This document shows, in pieces, positions 37,836 through 52,114 of a stretch of DNA of 64,000 nucleotides (positions are counted from its first letter, which is position 1; every line of letters starts with the position of its first letter). The position numbers were made by a program, and so were the translations under genes. The notes under the pieces were generated by a model that did not search any database, had not been told where the DNA came from, and was given only the letters and a program-made list of their open reading frames with translations. Source of the DNA: Salpingoeca rosetta (Eukaryota; Protista; Choanoflagellata). The stretch covers positions 548,638 to 612,637 of the forward strand of contig JAWQFM010000025.1 in NCBI GenBank assembly GCA_033442325.1, read 5' to 3'.

Positions 37836-39084
37836 GGTGCCCCTTGGGCAGCAGCTGCGCCAGGATGGCGTCCGCGAACGTCCTGCCCAACTGACGGCCC
37901 AGGTGCAGCACAGGTGCGCATACATCAGCCAGGACACGACAACCATCAGTTGCCGCGAAACGCCCTGGATGCGCCGCGAGATGGAGACGCAGGTTCAGTT
38001 ACCGCCAAACGCCCTGGATGCGCCGCGAGATGGAGATGCAGGTGCAGCAGGATCGCATTGACCAAGATGTTGCGCATCTCCTCCACCAGCAGCAACAGTG
38101 GCACTGGCAGCAACAGCAGCAACAGCAACAACAGCAGCACTGGCACTGGCAGCAAAGCGTGGCGTGGGTGCAGCGGGAGGTGGTGCGCCATTGCACGCGC
38201 ATTCGCCAATCAGCACCAGGTACGGCACCTGCTTGTGGCACGCAAACAAACAAACAAACACAAACACGCACGCACGCATACATACATGTGAGCATGATGG
38301 TGCCTGAAGGACACACAACACGAATGAGAGGTGACGGCAAACCAACCCAGCCATTCCACTCATCACAATCAATCACACTACTGCCGCGCATGCTCACCTC
38401 TCGCTGTGTCACCCCGTGTGCCTCCATCGTGCTTGAGCAGCAGCAGCATGATGGCCACGACTTCTGCCACCATCGCAACCGCCGCCGCCATCGTCACAGG
38501 CACCACCCGCGGACCCGTCCGTCCTTCGCCTCCATGCACCCGGTCATGGCCCAGGCCTTGAGCGGCATGCGCGAGATGTGGTCGCCATGGCACCAGCACC
38601 AGCAGGAGGAGGACACGCGCGGTCACAATGACGACACGGCGCTGCTGCTGTTGGAGGAGAACATGGTGCCAGGACCCAGCCAGCCACGGAGCATCCCTTG
38701 GACATGATGACGATGATGATGATGATGACACCGCAACACCAGCAGCCGTATGTAGAGGCAGTGCACGGCCCGTGGTGCACAGACAACGTTGATGGCGGTG
38801 GGTACGAGGCCGATGAGGAAGACGAAGACGTCAGCGACGACAGCGATGATGATGAAGAGGAGGAGGAGCAGCAGCAGCAGCAGCAGCAGCAGGGGACGAA
38901 AGAGGAGGGGCAGAAGTGCTGGGATCATGGCTGCCATTCCCTGCCTATTGCCTGTTGCCTGCTGGCAGTGGCGTTTGTGTTGTCCCTCCAAATGGGTTCA
39001 TTTGCGTGCGCATGGTTGCTGTGTTGGTTGTTGCCTCTGATGAGGTGTGGTTGTGGCTACAAGCGCACCTTGCACCAATGTTAG
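37836..39084 (+). CDS. Possible orphan low-complexity gene or pseudogene fragments (Q/W-rich, polyM, acidic)
   Basis: Exon-like segments after CA-rich acceptors (37836, ~38437). The frame is disrupted by a 49-bp duplication. No recognisable domain. Confidence 0.25.
37947..38044 (+). repeat. 49-bp tandem duplication
   Basis: cagttgccgcgaaacgccctggatgcgccgcgagatggagacgcaggtt at 37947 and a near-identical copy at 37996. Confidence 0.85.
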
Positions 39085-39909
39085 TGCTGGTTGATAGGTT
39101 GATGGGCTGATGGGTTGATGGGTTGATGGTGCCCTTGGAGCTGTCTTTCGTTGATGGTTGTGTTCCTCTGTCCACGCTGCTTCGGTTGGTCTGTGGCGCC
39201 GTGTATTGTGGTTTTAGGTGATTGTTCACAGCAGAGTTTTCGTCGCTTTGCTGCTTTGCTGCTTCTGTTGGTGTACATCGTGGTGGCGTGTGCTGGTGGC
39301 CAGTGGAGCCGTTGGCTTGGGCGTGGTGCTGCCATCTTCCGCAGCTGCTGTGTGCCTGTGAATAATACAAACATGCCAACAACAGGGCCCGCGAGTGGTC
39401 GTGAAACATGAGCATTCAAAGGAACAGGTGTTGGGATCGGGCAAACCAAACACGCATGCACGTGCACATGTATACGCGCAAGAACTCAAGCAAATGGCTG
39501 CGCACAGGCTGAGACGCGCACACGCTCACACGCATACACACACGCACACACACGCACCGGCACTGCCGCTTTCCACAGGTGTCGCCTTCATCTGCACTGT
39601 CACCGTAATCGAAGGTGGCTCCTCTGAAGATCCCACTGGATACGTCCATTGCACAGCAGATGATGTGTCTTGTCACACGCGCTACCGCCACCAGCATCGC
39701 TGCAGCCTTCGTCATGCCAGTCGTTTCAGGCAACCGCAACATCTCAACCTCCTCTTTTCATTGTCATCACCACCACCCATCATCGTCGTCGTCGTCGTCG
39801 TCGTTTGGCGCACTTTGAAGCGGCTCCCGACACCACAAATTTTTCAGCGCATGCGGCTGTCGATTTGGCATTCACCACTCAACGCTCTCACGTTGACAAA
39901 ACCGCGACC

Positions 39910-40413
39910 ATGAACGCCGCAGCTGCAACTATCGAGGATGGGCAGGTGAACGCGCCCCCGCACGTGCCAACGCCTGCCGTGAACACGTAAGCGGCAATCC
40001 GTGCATGCGCTGTTGCTTCGTCCACGAACAAGCGTTTCTGTGTGCGGATGTAGGATTTGGTCATCGTTGTGCAGCAGCTGTTGTTGTTGTTGTTGCGACT
40101 GTTGCGCATCTAAAAGCGCTTTCCCACACTGGCCGCTGTTGTGCATGCCCATCTGGTGTCCACATCACCGCCTGCTCACATGGCCATCTGCTTGCAGCAC
40201 CAGGAACAAGCGGCGGTGGGATTCCAGTGATTCCAGAGACTCAAGCGACACCAGCAGCGACACCAGTGACACCAGCAGTGACACCAGCAGTGACACCAGC
40301 AGTGACTCGAGTCTGCATGTCACGCCCAATGTATGTGTGTGTGTGTGTGTATTTACGCCCAATGTATGTGTGTGTGTGTGTATGTATGTGTGTGTATTTA
40401 CGTGCATGAGTGT

Positions 40414-40458
<45 letters not shown>

Positions 40459-42134
40459 GATGAAAGATGACACTGAGAAACGACAACGACATCAAGTCCA
40501 CGTCTCGCATTCTCAACAAATGTGAACGCCAACGACCACACGAACACACCACAAACTACATCCAGCCACACCCCAATCGCATGATCGCATGCACATCTGT
40601 GTCTCACATACCTTGCATTCGCGCTGTCGCCTCGCTAGCACACTTGCCGTCGCAGGCGCAAGAGGAAGTCCAGGCAGTCAAGAAAGAAGTCCAGGAAGTC
40701 CAGGAAGAAGCAGAAGAAGAAGAAGTCCAAGACGAAGAAGAAGAAGACGAAGGGCAGGCACCGGAGCGTGCAGAACAAGAAGCGCGCTGCCCTGCGTCAT
40801 GCTGTTGCCGCCGAGTACAGCTCGTCCTCCAGCCGCGTCCACACCGCCGCCCCCATGCGCCTGCCTTGCCCCGCCGCTGTTAACCAGCACAATCTCATGC
40901 GGATGCCAATGCAAGCTCCAATGCAAGCGCCCATGCACATGCACGCTCCCAAGCAAGCACCGATGCCAATGCACGTGCCAATGCATGTGCCAATGCAAGC
41001 CAGCCGCGTCCACACGGCTGTCCCCATGCGACCACCTCCTCACTTCTCTGCCGGCACTGTCAACCAGCGCAATCCCATGCCGATGCCCATGCAAGCGCCA
41101 ATGCCAGCGTCGTTGCAGGCGTCAATGTGCATGCCAATGGCAATGCAGGTGCAGGGGCACTTGTACGGCAGCACAAGTCACGCGGTCCGTGCAGGCTTCA
41201 CTCCTGTCACCACAGCCACCCACAACACGAGCTCCAGTTACGTGCGTGCCGCCGCTGTCACTGCTAACCACACCAGCAACCACACCAGCTCAGCTTTCGT
41301 GCCAGCTCCCACAGCCAACCCTGGTTACGTGACTGCTGCTGTCGCCCCAGGCCCCATCACCGCCACCAGCATGACGACGACGTTCAACAAGAACGGGCGC
41401 AGTTCCAAGGGGATGAATGCGAGCGCTGGACAGCAGCTTGATCGCAGCAACGGCGCCGCCAAAGCCAAGGTCAGCCTGACACACACATGCACGCACATGC
41501 ACACACGCACACACAAACACAGGGGTATGTGGTGTCAGTGTGAGCAAAGGTGCAACGAGGTCAAGTCTGCGCCCGCACACACACACACACATACACACAC
41601 ACAACAGCAAACACAACAAAACCCAAAGCACGTGTGCTGCACTCCACACTCACATCGCACCTGCTTGCGCGTGGATGTCACCAGGTTGGCCGTTCCTGCC
41701 ACAAAGACGATGGTGGACAGCAGTGCAAGCACGTGCAGCCGGCACCACCACCAGCCACAACAGACGCCCTGCTCGAGATGGTGCTCGCTGGCAACCTTGG
41801 TGGCGGCGGTGCAGACTTCATGTCCACAGACGGCCATGCTGAGACAGCGACGATGCTTGAGCTCTTCGCAGCCGCGCTGGCAGAGTCACAGGGCACAGAG
41901 GCTGTCCCAGACCACCAACACCACCGGCCCAACACGCTTGTAGATGTGCACATGAGGAACGCACTGCTCGGCGATGCAGTGCGGTGCTCAAGCATGCGGC
42001 CGTGCATGATCGAGCTGAAGGCGCGGGCTGCCATGTGGATGATGAACGTGTTGCAGCACATGCCACCAAGCACCACCAGCAGGAACAACGACGACGGCGA
42101 CAGCGCTGATGGTGGCGACGTGCTGGTGGTGTGA
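39910..42134 (+). CDS. Hypothetical 4-exon low-complexity protein (SDT repeats, Lys/Arg tract, Met/Pro-rich repeats)
   Basis: ATG 39910, donor gtaagc ~39987, exon TRNKRRWDSSDSRDSSDT.., exon RRRKRKSRQSRKKSRK..PMQAPMQAPM, donor 41470, last exon ending TGA 42134. Frames can be joined with GT-AG sites. Confidence 0.42.
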
Positions 42135-42734
42135 GGGAGAGTCGAAGCGAGGGGGGAGGGGGCGGTGACGTGTTGGCTGATGGTGCTGCTGGCGGTCGAT
42201 GGCATTCCGTTGTGGTGGTTGGTGATTGCGATGAAGGGATCCGAGAGGTGTGCATGCACGATGGGGTGTGTTCGCATGCCACTTCCGGCGTTCTTGTGCC
42301 TGTTGCTTGATCGCACATGTCGCTTGTCCGTCACTGTCGTTGGTGTCGTAGTTATCGATGTCAACCGTTGCTGGTGCTGCTGCCGTGTGCGTGAATTGCG
42401 TGTGTGTTCGTGTGGATGTCGTGGTTCGGCTGCAGTGCTAGTACTGCGTCTGTGGGTGCGTGTGCTGCTGTTGTTTGCTGCCGAGGTTGATGACCTTCAT
42501 CTCACTGATGATGCCACTGTTGTCGGTGCGATTGTTGCCATGACTATCACTGTGCTGCTTTGTGTCACTCCGCGTCTTTCCATTCAGCCAGTGGTGATTG
42601 TTGCAGGTGATTTGCTGCTTGTACATGTGTCATCGTGTCCGCATCTTCCAATGGACAACAATGTGTCAGAACACGTGCATTCAGGGGAGGCGGGGTGAGA
42701 CGATGCAGAGAAGCGTGGCACAACGCAACAGTGC

Positions 42735-42803
<69 letters not shown>

Positions 42804-42834
42804 GTTATGTGTAGGACTCAACCTCACCTGTTGA

Positions 42835-42905
42835 AATTGGAAAAGCGCTGAACAGCAGCAGGCACATTTCGCAATTGGAAAAGCGCTGAACAGCAGCAAG
42901 CACAC
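42835..42905. repeat. 38-bp-period tandem duplication
   Basis: aattggaaaagcgctgaacagcagca at 42835 and 42873. Confidence 0.85.
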
Positions 42906-44773
42906 ATCGCTGTCCTCCTCGCCCACAACAACCATCCACACCACACACCGCCACCATGTAGGACGTGGCACAAGCGCTGCTTACAGGGCTTTTCAGCCAC
43001 CCTCAATCAGAAGTCCTGCCACACACGTAAGGAGCAGTGGACAGCGTGGCTTGGGTGCTGGTGTGGCGTGCGCGTGTGAATGCTGCCTGCGGTTCACGAT
43101 TGCAAGCGTTATGGCATCTCTTGGCTGTAGTGGGCGGGGCTGTTGGTCTCATCATCTCACCACCTGTCTCGCCCTCCACAACTCACACTGCTGCTGCTGT
43201 TGCTGTTGCTGCTGTTGCTGCTGCTGTCACATTCAGCTTGCACCACCACCTTCATCTCCATCACCCATCAGACACGAGTGCCAACAAGATCACGACGGCC
43301 ACCAAGAAGTCGACGACGATGATGATGAAGGTGAAGGCGCCAGCGACGAAGAACGAGGCAGCGGCTCTGCTCCGGGCTGTTGCAGTAGAAAGGTGTTCGT
43401 CACACCACCAGCATCCCCATCATCGTCGTCATCAGCGTCACCAGCACCACGCCATCATGACAATGGTGATGATGGTGATGGTGGTGGTGGTGGTGGAAGG
43501 CATCCAGACAGCCGTCCAATACAGCGAAGCCATGACTGCCACCATTGGGCAGTAAGCACTCGCATCACTTCAAGCAAGCACGTCGCTGCCATCTTCGTCT
43601 TCGCTCTGGTGAGGTAACAAACAAACAAACAAACAAACAAACAGCATGCATGCACGCATGACGATGATGATGGTGATGATGGTGGGTGTTGTCAGGGAAT
43701 GGCATGAGCAACAGGGGAAGGGAGTAGCGGTAATGAATGCTTTGATAGCAAAGCAGTGACTGGACGCGACAACACATACACACACGCACGCTGGTGTCAG
43801 CCACGCACACACACACACACACACATTCACACATGCATTCACACGTGTGTGCATACTCACGTCTCTCGCCTGCATGTGTGGTGCCATGATACGTGGTCTT
43901 CCCTGGTCGTCACCATCATCGCCATCATCAACCGCAACACCCATGACGCCGTATCAGCAAACTGTCACCATCTCATCTCTTCGCAATGACCGCAACACTG
44001 GCTGGGGCGGTGCTGGGACAGATGTTTGCTCTGCCATCACCACCATCACCACCACCATCATCACCATCACCAGCAGCATCAGTGAAGATAGACGGTGATG
44101 ATGGTGATGGCGACCGCGCTCGTGTTGAGGTGGAGATGCAGCGGGTCATGCACTTCCAATGACGCAACCCAAAGCCACCGCCCCAATGGCAGTGACCGCC
44201 ACCACCACCACTATCACCGCATGTGTAAACCATCAACGCGTGTGCTGTCATCGTCACAACACTGCAGCCATGAAAGCATCGATTCAAAGCACTCATGGCT
44301 CCACCCCTGTCCTCTTCCTAACAACTATCAGCCACACACACGCGCGCTGCTGCTGTTGTTGCTGTTGCTGCTGCTGCTGTCGTGAAAATACCTCTGCTCT
44401 CACACACATGTGCGCGTGTGCATGTCCTTGTCACCGGCCTAACCGCCACTGTGTCCCTGCGGTCACCACAATCGCGCTTGAGCATGTGTTGCTGCTGTCA
44501 TGGTTGTTATGGTTCATGTCGCGAGCACTCGACTCCATCTTCGTCTCTTGCTGCTGCTGTTGGTGTATGTGGCGCTGTGTGCTGCCACGTGCGTTGCTGT
44601 CGTGGTTGAGTCATCAACACATCCACACGTTCGTGCTGTGGTCGCAGTGCCCGCTCCTGCTTCAACACACACACACGAACACACGCGCGAGAGAGTGTGA
44701 GTGAACATTGGCACATAGCCGGTGCACACACGTGTGAGCGGTTGAGAGAAAGCAAGTGCTGATTGCATGTGTG

Positions 44774-44818
<45 letters not shown>

Positions 44819-47800
44819 GTGACGGTGTGTGCATGTGTGCGTTGGTGTGTGTGACGGTGTACAAGTGCTCGAACCTTGCAACGGTGGCTCAAAGGATGAG
44901 GCTGTGGGTAAGTAAGCAGGTGGGTGCGTGTGGGTGCGTGTTTGTGCTCGCGTGTGCGAGCGTATGCCGGGGTTATTCACATTCCTATTTCCGATTCGAT
45001 GCCAAAATCAAACAAGCAAACGAGTTTGAGCACATCAAAATCGCTGACGTTGCGCTACATGAAGGAATTTCACTGCCGTCATGTGTCGCAAACAGATGAC
45101 GTGAACCCACCGACACACGAGAGCAGCGTGGACATTTGTGTGCGTTTCTGAAGAATGTGGATAAGCAATGGCATGGTGCTGCTGTCCTCACCTCGTCGTT
45201 GCTGGTGGTGGTGGATGTGGTCTGGTCACGTCGGTCATGTCATGGGTGCTCTTGATGTCCTGTCGTGGATCTTGAGTTTGAGGCGGAAACGATCGTAAGA
45301 TCGCACGAGCACCCTTCCAGCCTTCCACCTCAGATGGGCCAAACACGCCTCACTCACGCCACGCTAGCGTACTGCTGCTGCTGCCATGGCTCCACGCTCA
45401 GCTCTCGTGCTGCCTCCCTGGTGCGCACAATCCGGCTATTCCACCATTATCCCTCGTCCACTGCTGCGGTTGTGGGATGAGGCTGTGGAGTGGCACCCGG
45501 TAGTAGTAGCGGCTGGCGGTGGAGGTGCGGCTGATGATGGCAGCGATTTGAAGATTGACGCCGTCCACGCGCGCGCACACACACACACACACAGCACGAC
45601 GACAAGGCATGCTGTACGGCAATCGAATGTTGGTGAAAGGGGGAGAGGGCCGTGAGCAGGCGCATTGATGGTGTGAGCATATATGTGTGTACGTGTGTGT
45701 TGGTGAAAGCTTCAAGTTCAAATACCCGCTATCAACCACAGAAGCGCCCCAAGAAAGACACAACACAAACTATCAATCAACCAGCTTGTCATTGCAACAC
45801 GTGAACGTTGCCACATCGCCAGCGTCCACCACCAATAACAGCACGACTCACCTGGCATACACTGTGTAGGAAGGCGTGGTGGCCGTCTGCAGTGCACAAG
45901 ACACCAACCAGCGTGATGACCGCGGTGACGACTTGATGGGGGAGGATCAATGCTGCATTTTCGTCATTTCCCGGTCAGCGCAACATTAACGCATGACAGC
46001 GATTGCCAGTTGGCTGGAGGCGCTGTTTTGGGAGTGGATTGAGCCGGCATCATCACCTTCATCACCCTGACGATCGAACAAGCAAGTGTGTGAGGCCATG
46101 CACATGCGTGCGTGTGTGTCTGTGTGTGTGTGTGTGTTTGTGTTTGTGTGTGCATCTGTACGTGCGTGCGTACTATACTGGCTTTCTGTTTGGGTCAAGA
46201 GGAACAGAGAGAACACATGCATGATGGCACATTCACACACACACACACAAGACACTGACGAGTGGTTTCAGCGAGGTTGGAGGTCGCACCAATGACAAGA
46301 GGCCATGTCAGCCTGTGGCAGCCTCTGCACGCGCTCTGTGTGGCAGTACAGACGCTAATACAACAGCAACACTGAAACAACCACGGGCATCGCAGTTGCA
46401 GAGGCAAGGGTGAGGCTAAATTGCCACAGCACCATGTCCCGTCAACAAACATGCTTGCAAGCATGCAAGCAAGCATAGCATCGTGTCGCCTGTTCATGCT
46501 GCATGGCTTTTGATTGGGGTATTCTCACGAAAACACCCATGCCGCCAACGGCTATCAGTTCACACATCAAGCGCATCCACCGCCCAATCAGGGCTTCACG
46601 AGGGCCGCACCACACACGCACAACACACCCACACGCACACACGCACACACAAAACCACGCGCGCTCAGTCAAGCTTACCTGGAGAAGGCAAGCCTGGTTG
46701 GTTGGTTGCTGCATTCCTGCTCAATAGCCCGTGGTCTACTCTCAGCGACCGATTACACACGCACAATTCAAGACGGTGAGGCAGTGCACAGCACACGCTG
46801 CAAGCCGCTGCAGATGAATTGTGGATACGTGAGGCAGTGTGTGAGGAGCGGGATTCAGACGGCACAGAGCAAAGGGTTGGAAGCAGAACCCCCCTTGCAT
46901 CATCAACGTCAAACTGCGTGTACCAAAGACAAAACCAAAAACAAGCGCTTGCTTGCCTGCATGGAGGCACATGTGAAGGCGGGGCAGGACAACAACACAG
47001 CACAAGACACGCACACATCCTGTGTGCATATCGAGCCGTGCAAGCAGGCAACCCGCAAACCCACAAAGAACTCACCCCTATTTCTTCTTGGTGCTTGAAG
47101 ATGTCGTCATCTCTGCCGTGTGCCCATGCTGCCCTGCCATGCAACTGTCATCGTGTATGTTGCAGGGGGGGGAGAAGCTAGATGAGATGTGAGGTCAACA
47201 GCAACCAGAGCTCATCATTGTCGTGGATGGATGATGTAAACACGGCTGACATGCACATGCATGAACGCACACACACACACACACACCTGAAGCGAAGCAG
47301 TGGTGAGCAGAGAGCGCATGACCATACGTGCAAGTGCGATGATGCGCAGTGAGCACACGACCGTTGCTACTCTTCAACTTGCGACCACCAGTATACTTGA
47401 GATCATCACTCATGAGCAGCACTCACACTCGCTCTCTTCTCCACGGTTTCAGGATGTGTTCTCCTCTTCACTTCTGCTCATTCCAGTGCGCTTGCTGTGT
47501 GCTGAGGCCATCATAGTGTTGCCTTCCTCGTTCCCCATCTCTCCACACAAACACACACAAGCACGCACATGCGCACCAATCAACTACTACAGCACTGCTT
47601 TGCTTTTTGTGCGTGTGCTTCACAAGCTAGAGAAGAATGGGGAAGTTGGACTGAATTCAGTCCACACACACTCGCCTCCTCTTCCTTTCACCCTGCTCAA
47701 AAGTCGAGAACGTTGGCACTTCAGCAAGGCAGCTGCAGCTTCCTTCTGTTTGTTGAAGCCGAGCGAGCGAACAAGAAGCAAGCTGTGTCTCATGTCACTC

Positions 47801-48744
47801 AATACTTGCACTTTGTCTTGTCAGCTGTGTTTTTGTGCGAGCCGCTATGTAGGTGTGTAGTTGCGTTGCCTACACAAAGTAGGGGCAAACAAGCCAGCTG
47901 GCCTCTTGTCTTCTTGTGCACTTGCCGTCTGCATCACATCACTTCTTCTCTTCCGCAGTGCCTTTGCCTTCGGTCCATCCAGTTCTCTTCCAACAGCTAC
48001 AACAAGAAAGTAGCACGTCAGCCCGTTCCGCCCCCTGCACTGCCCCTACCCCTCCCTCTGTTTCGTTTCGCTGCTAGCAGCTTCCTTTGATCTGTTGCCC
48101 ATGTACCCCTTTCCTGGCCCCTCTCGCACAAAGGGGAGCAAGTGCGCTCTGCAGGTAACAGCACAATGCGTGACCACTCAAGCATTCATCTACTTCCATC
48201 ACACAGCAAGATCACCTCCAAGCTGAAGGTAGCAGCGACTTTGGTGCACAGGCATCATCTCCACTGCGTGCGTGCAGCACAGCAGTCCTAATCAATCAGG
48301 ATGCCCTGTTTTCGCAAACTGGCGCCAGTTTGTTGCTGGCGCCAGAAATGAACGCTTTCTGTCATTTCGACGATAAGAGAAGGATTTGCTCCGCAAAGGG
48401 TAATGTCGTCAGTCGGACATGCGTGCGTTTGCTTTCTCTCTCACCACACATAAACACACAATCAATTGCCTTGACAAGACAACAGGTCCGCGCGCAGACT
48501 CAGCGTCCACTGCTCTTATTCATCGAAGCACACCGCCTTCGACACGACCACAGCCATGCTGCGGAGATGTGACCAACAACAGCACGACATCGACAGCGAC
48601 GCGGGGAGGGCAACGCACATGGATGAGGCAGTACAGGCAAGGAAATGGAATAATGACACTCAAGCAACACCAGCAGCATCAACACAAGCTGTCGACAATC
48701 AGCCTCCATCACAACAATAACAGCAGTCGACACAGCCGTCTTCG

Positions 48745-50027
48745 TTGTCACCGTTTCCATCACGCTCGACACGTACAGCTCAGCTCGGGCGCACAATTCA
48801 GCCACAGCCATGGTCACCAGCCGCTCCAGGTGCAGCAGTGTGTGCGCCAGCCACAACCACAGCCTCGACGTGCATGGATCCTGTCCCCTTCGTGCCATCG
48901 ACAACAAGCACCAAGCCACAGCCCCCAAGGTCAAGTGCATCCTCGAAGCAGCTACATCTGTTGGCAGCATTCCTGGCAGCAGCAGCACCATCTCAGCAAC
49001 AACAGCAACAACACCCACCAATGCAGTTGCATCAGAACCAAGCACTTCCCACCCCAACCGCTTCAGCAGCTACAGCGACGACAATGAGCGTGCATGCACT
49101 TGCACACCAACCAACCCATGTGCGCTTCTCTCCACCGCCACAGAACAGCACTGTGTACCGCGACCGTCCTGTCGATACCAACCATGCACGTTGGCTCGCA
49201 AAAGACGCCTCGACAACAGCAGCTACGACAGCAGCTACTGAGTGAAACACAGCAAGTGTCGACAAACCAGCACAAGCAAGGCCTGCCCGTTTGTCGACCG
49301 GCAGTGATAGCAGCAGAGAAGATTGCAGTTGGCTGAGACCATGACACCAGGCGAGCCGGCGGAGCACCGCCATGAATTCCACCACCACCACAACGGCCGC
49401 GAAGTGGAAGACGATGCTGTGGTCGCTCCATCATCACCGCACTGTCGTGGACTGATGCCCAGTACTCGCGACCTGCATGAGCAGGACACAGACAAGAAGC
49501 CGAGCCCCGCGCATGCAACTGCTCAACTTACACACGCATCACAGCAGCAGCAACATCAATGGCTGCAGCAGCAACAACAGCATGAACCAGTACAACAGCA
49601 GCAGGAGGATGAGATGCAGAAGGGTGGTGGTAGAGGCGGCAGGCTGCGTGGCTCAAACACCCCCTCGTTGGTGTTCCCTCCAAACTGCACACGCAAGGAA
49701 GCTGTCCCAAGCAAGGCCAGGAAGCAACCACGTGTCAGCAGACCCGCAAAGTCAAACAAGCCAACCGCAATTCGCAGGGAGGACCCAGCCATACGCCAGC
49801 TGATCCTCAAATGCCGAGAACGAGAACGCCAGAAGCAGCAGCAACAGGAACCACAACGGGCTCAACAGCAACGCGCAGGCAAGCACCGGGCAACGCGTGA
49901 GGCAACGGTGAATCGCCAACAACACCCTGCAAAGAGAAAGCAGCAAGTCGGCAAGGCAAGGACGAGGTTGTGTCCGGCGTTGCTCCAGGAAACAAGGATC
50001 CATTCGACAACAAGCGCTCAGGAGTAG
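48745..50027 (+). CDS. Possible orphan Q-rich protein or pseudogene (discontinuous ORFs 48745-49245 and 49323-50027)
   Basis: About 1.5 kb free of dinucleotide microsatellites with CAG-rich coding-like composition, but stops and frame changes are present and no domain is recognisable. Confidence 0.25.
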
Positions 50028-50588
50028 CAGCAACAATTGCAGCAGCACGAAAAGAAGAGTAACATGCAGCAGCAGGAAGCAGCGGCAGCGGCAGCAGCCT
50101 TGTGGCGAAAGTGGCGGTGATGGTGATGGCAGCCATTTGGATACTGCGGGTGTGTGTGGGGTGCTATACGAGGCGCAATCATTCGAGATCACACCACAGA
50201 CGACGATGAAGCTAATTGTGTGGTGACGATGATGATGGTTGATGAGAGTCCGAGAGCGTCACGGTCGCTGTGGTGAGGAGAGTCAGACGTGTGATGACTT
50301 GTGGGATGGACGCGCTTCAGTCTTGCCCTCGTGTGCCCATGTTCGTGCGCACCAGAATTGGGCATTGTCAGATGTTTGTTCAAGAGTTCAAGTGACAGTG
50401 CGGTGACAGCAATATGTCACACAACGAGTAAAGGCACGCGGAATTCACAACAGTGGTGAACCACATCACGTTGCATATTGTGTTGTCCTCAGAGCTACAC
50501 GACATGCTCCTATTTCAACTCCGTCTCTGCTTGTATGCTGTGATACCCATTGCTTGGGAACTGTTTCCACATTCACCGTCTCCCAATA

Positions 50589-50710
50589 CACAACCGCTCA
50601 TCTCAAGCCCTTCTGCTTCCATCACACGAGTTCAGAGTACCGTGCCCTCACAACCGCTCATCTCAAGCCCTTCTGCTCCCATCCCACGAGTTCAGAGTAC
50701 CGTGCCCTCA
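50589..50710. repeat. 60-bp tandem duplication
   Basis: cacaaccgctcatctcaagcccttctgct(t/c)ccatc(a/c)cacgagttcagagtaccgtgccct twice, with 2 mismatches. Confidence 0.92.
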
Positions 50711-51738
50711 AAACCGATTCACAGTGCATACCATTTTACCACAGGTCATGCGCAGCGGAGGGTCGTACTCAACGACAAAGGATGCAAGAGGAAAGCAGGA
50801 ACAGCGGTACCAACAAGGCGCCGCGCTCACACGCACGCTCACAGGGTTTGGGGTGTCGTGGCAGCCAGCCGCCAAGATAATGGGCACGCAGCATGAGGAA
50901 ACAAGGAGCAAGCACCGATAGCGACAGCGCAATGGCAAGGAGGGTGGCGGTGGTGGTGGTGATCAGAACAAACATGAACAGCCGTCCAAATGACCCATAC
51001 ATGCCACATTGCTGCAGGTTACCGTGTCACTCCTCCACCACTGGCGGCTGGTTCACATGCACGCCGCTGCTTGTGACGTCAATCTCGCGACCGCACATGG
51101 CGCAGACACGGCGAGGGGGCGGCATGGCAAGGGTAAGCAGTTGCCTGTGGCCGGGGAAGGGGAAGACAGGTGGAGAAGGTATGCATGTGTGAGAGTGAAT
51201 GAGTGTGTGCGTGTGTGTGCATTTATGTGTGTGCGTGTGCTTATGTCACCACTGTGTGTGTATGTGCGTGGTAACACTGACAACAACAGAATTGCAGTAT
51301 CGCATGATGTGACCACGCCTTCACAACGTCATCACATCGTGCAATGGTGTCGATTCAGCTCGCAAGCATGGGGCCAAGGTGTGTGAGTGCACACACACGT
51401 ACATACACACATACATACACACACATGTGTCAATCCCTTGATGGATACTCACAAGGCAGGTGTCGGCGATGGCTTCAAAGGTGGTGATCTTCGCTCTGTG
51501 TTTTTGTGTGCGTGTGCGCGTGTGCAGAAACTTGGTGAGCTCAGCAGTGGGGATGACGACAGTTGCGCAAGACACGAGCTCTGCTCGTGCCAAGGGACAG
51601 CAAGATGTTACCAGACAGCATGAATGCTTGAGCACGCCATGAAGTGAAAATAATTGTTGGGTGGATTCGAGGTTAAATTACTGTTGTCAAAACCAACGCT
51701 CACATCATCAACAGCGCAACGACACAAAGCAACGCCAG

Positions 51739-51812
<74 letters not shown>

Positions 51813-52029
51813 NNNNNNNNNNNNNNNNNNNNNNNNNNNNNNNNNNNNNNNNNNNNNNNNNNNNNNNNNNNNNNNNNNNNNNNNNNNNNNNNNNNNNNNN
51901 NNNNNNNNNNNNNNNNNNNNNNNNNNNNNNNNNNNNNNNNNNNNNNNNNNNNGTTGTGAGAGGTAGCGGTCGCAGTAGAGATGAATCTCACTCTCACCCG
52001 CCCGCAAACCGTGAGGTTATCCCTCCGAG

Positions 52030-52114
<85 letters not shown>

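Noticed and set aside
43051-43617. Acidic/Ser-rich ORF as a gene (also 52171-52509)
   Set aside because: Composition is explained by trinucleotide repeats; no convincing start or splice chain could be built.
50589-50710. CRISPR-like or element-terminal repeats (also 42835-42905)
   Set aside because: Only two abutting copies, no spacers, no cas or transposase gene; simple tandem duplications.
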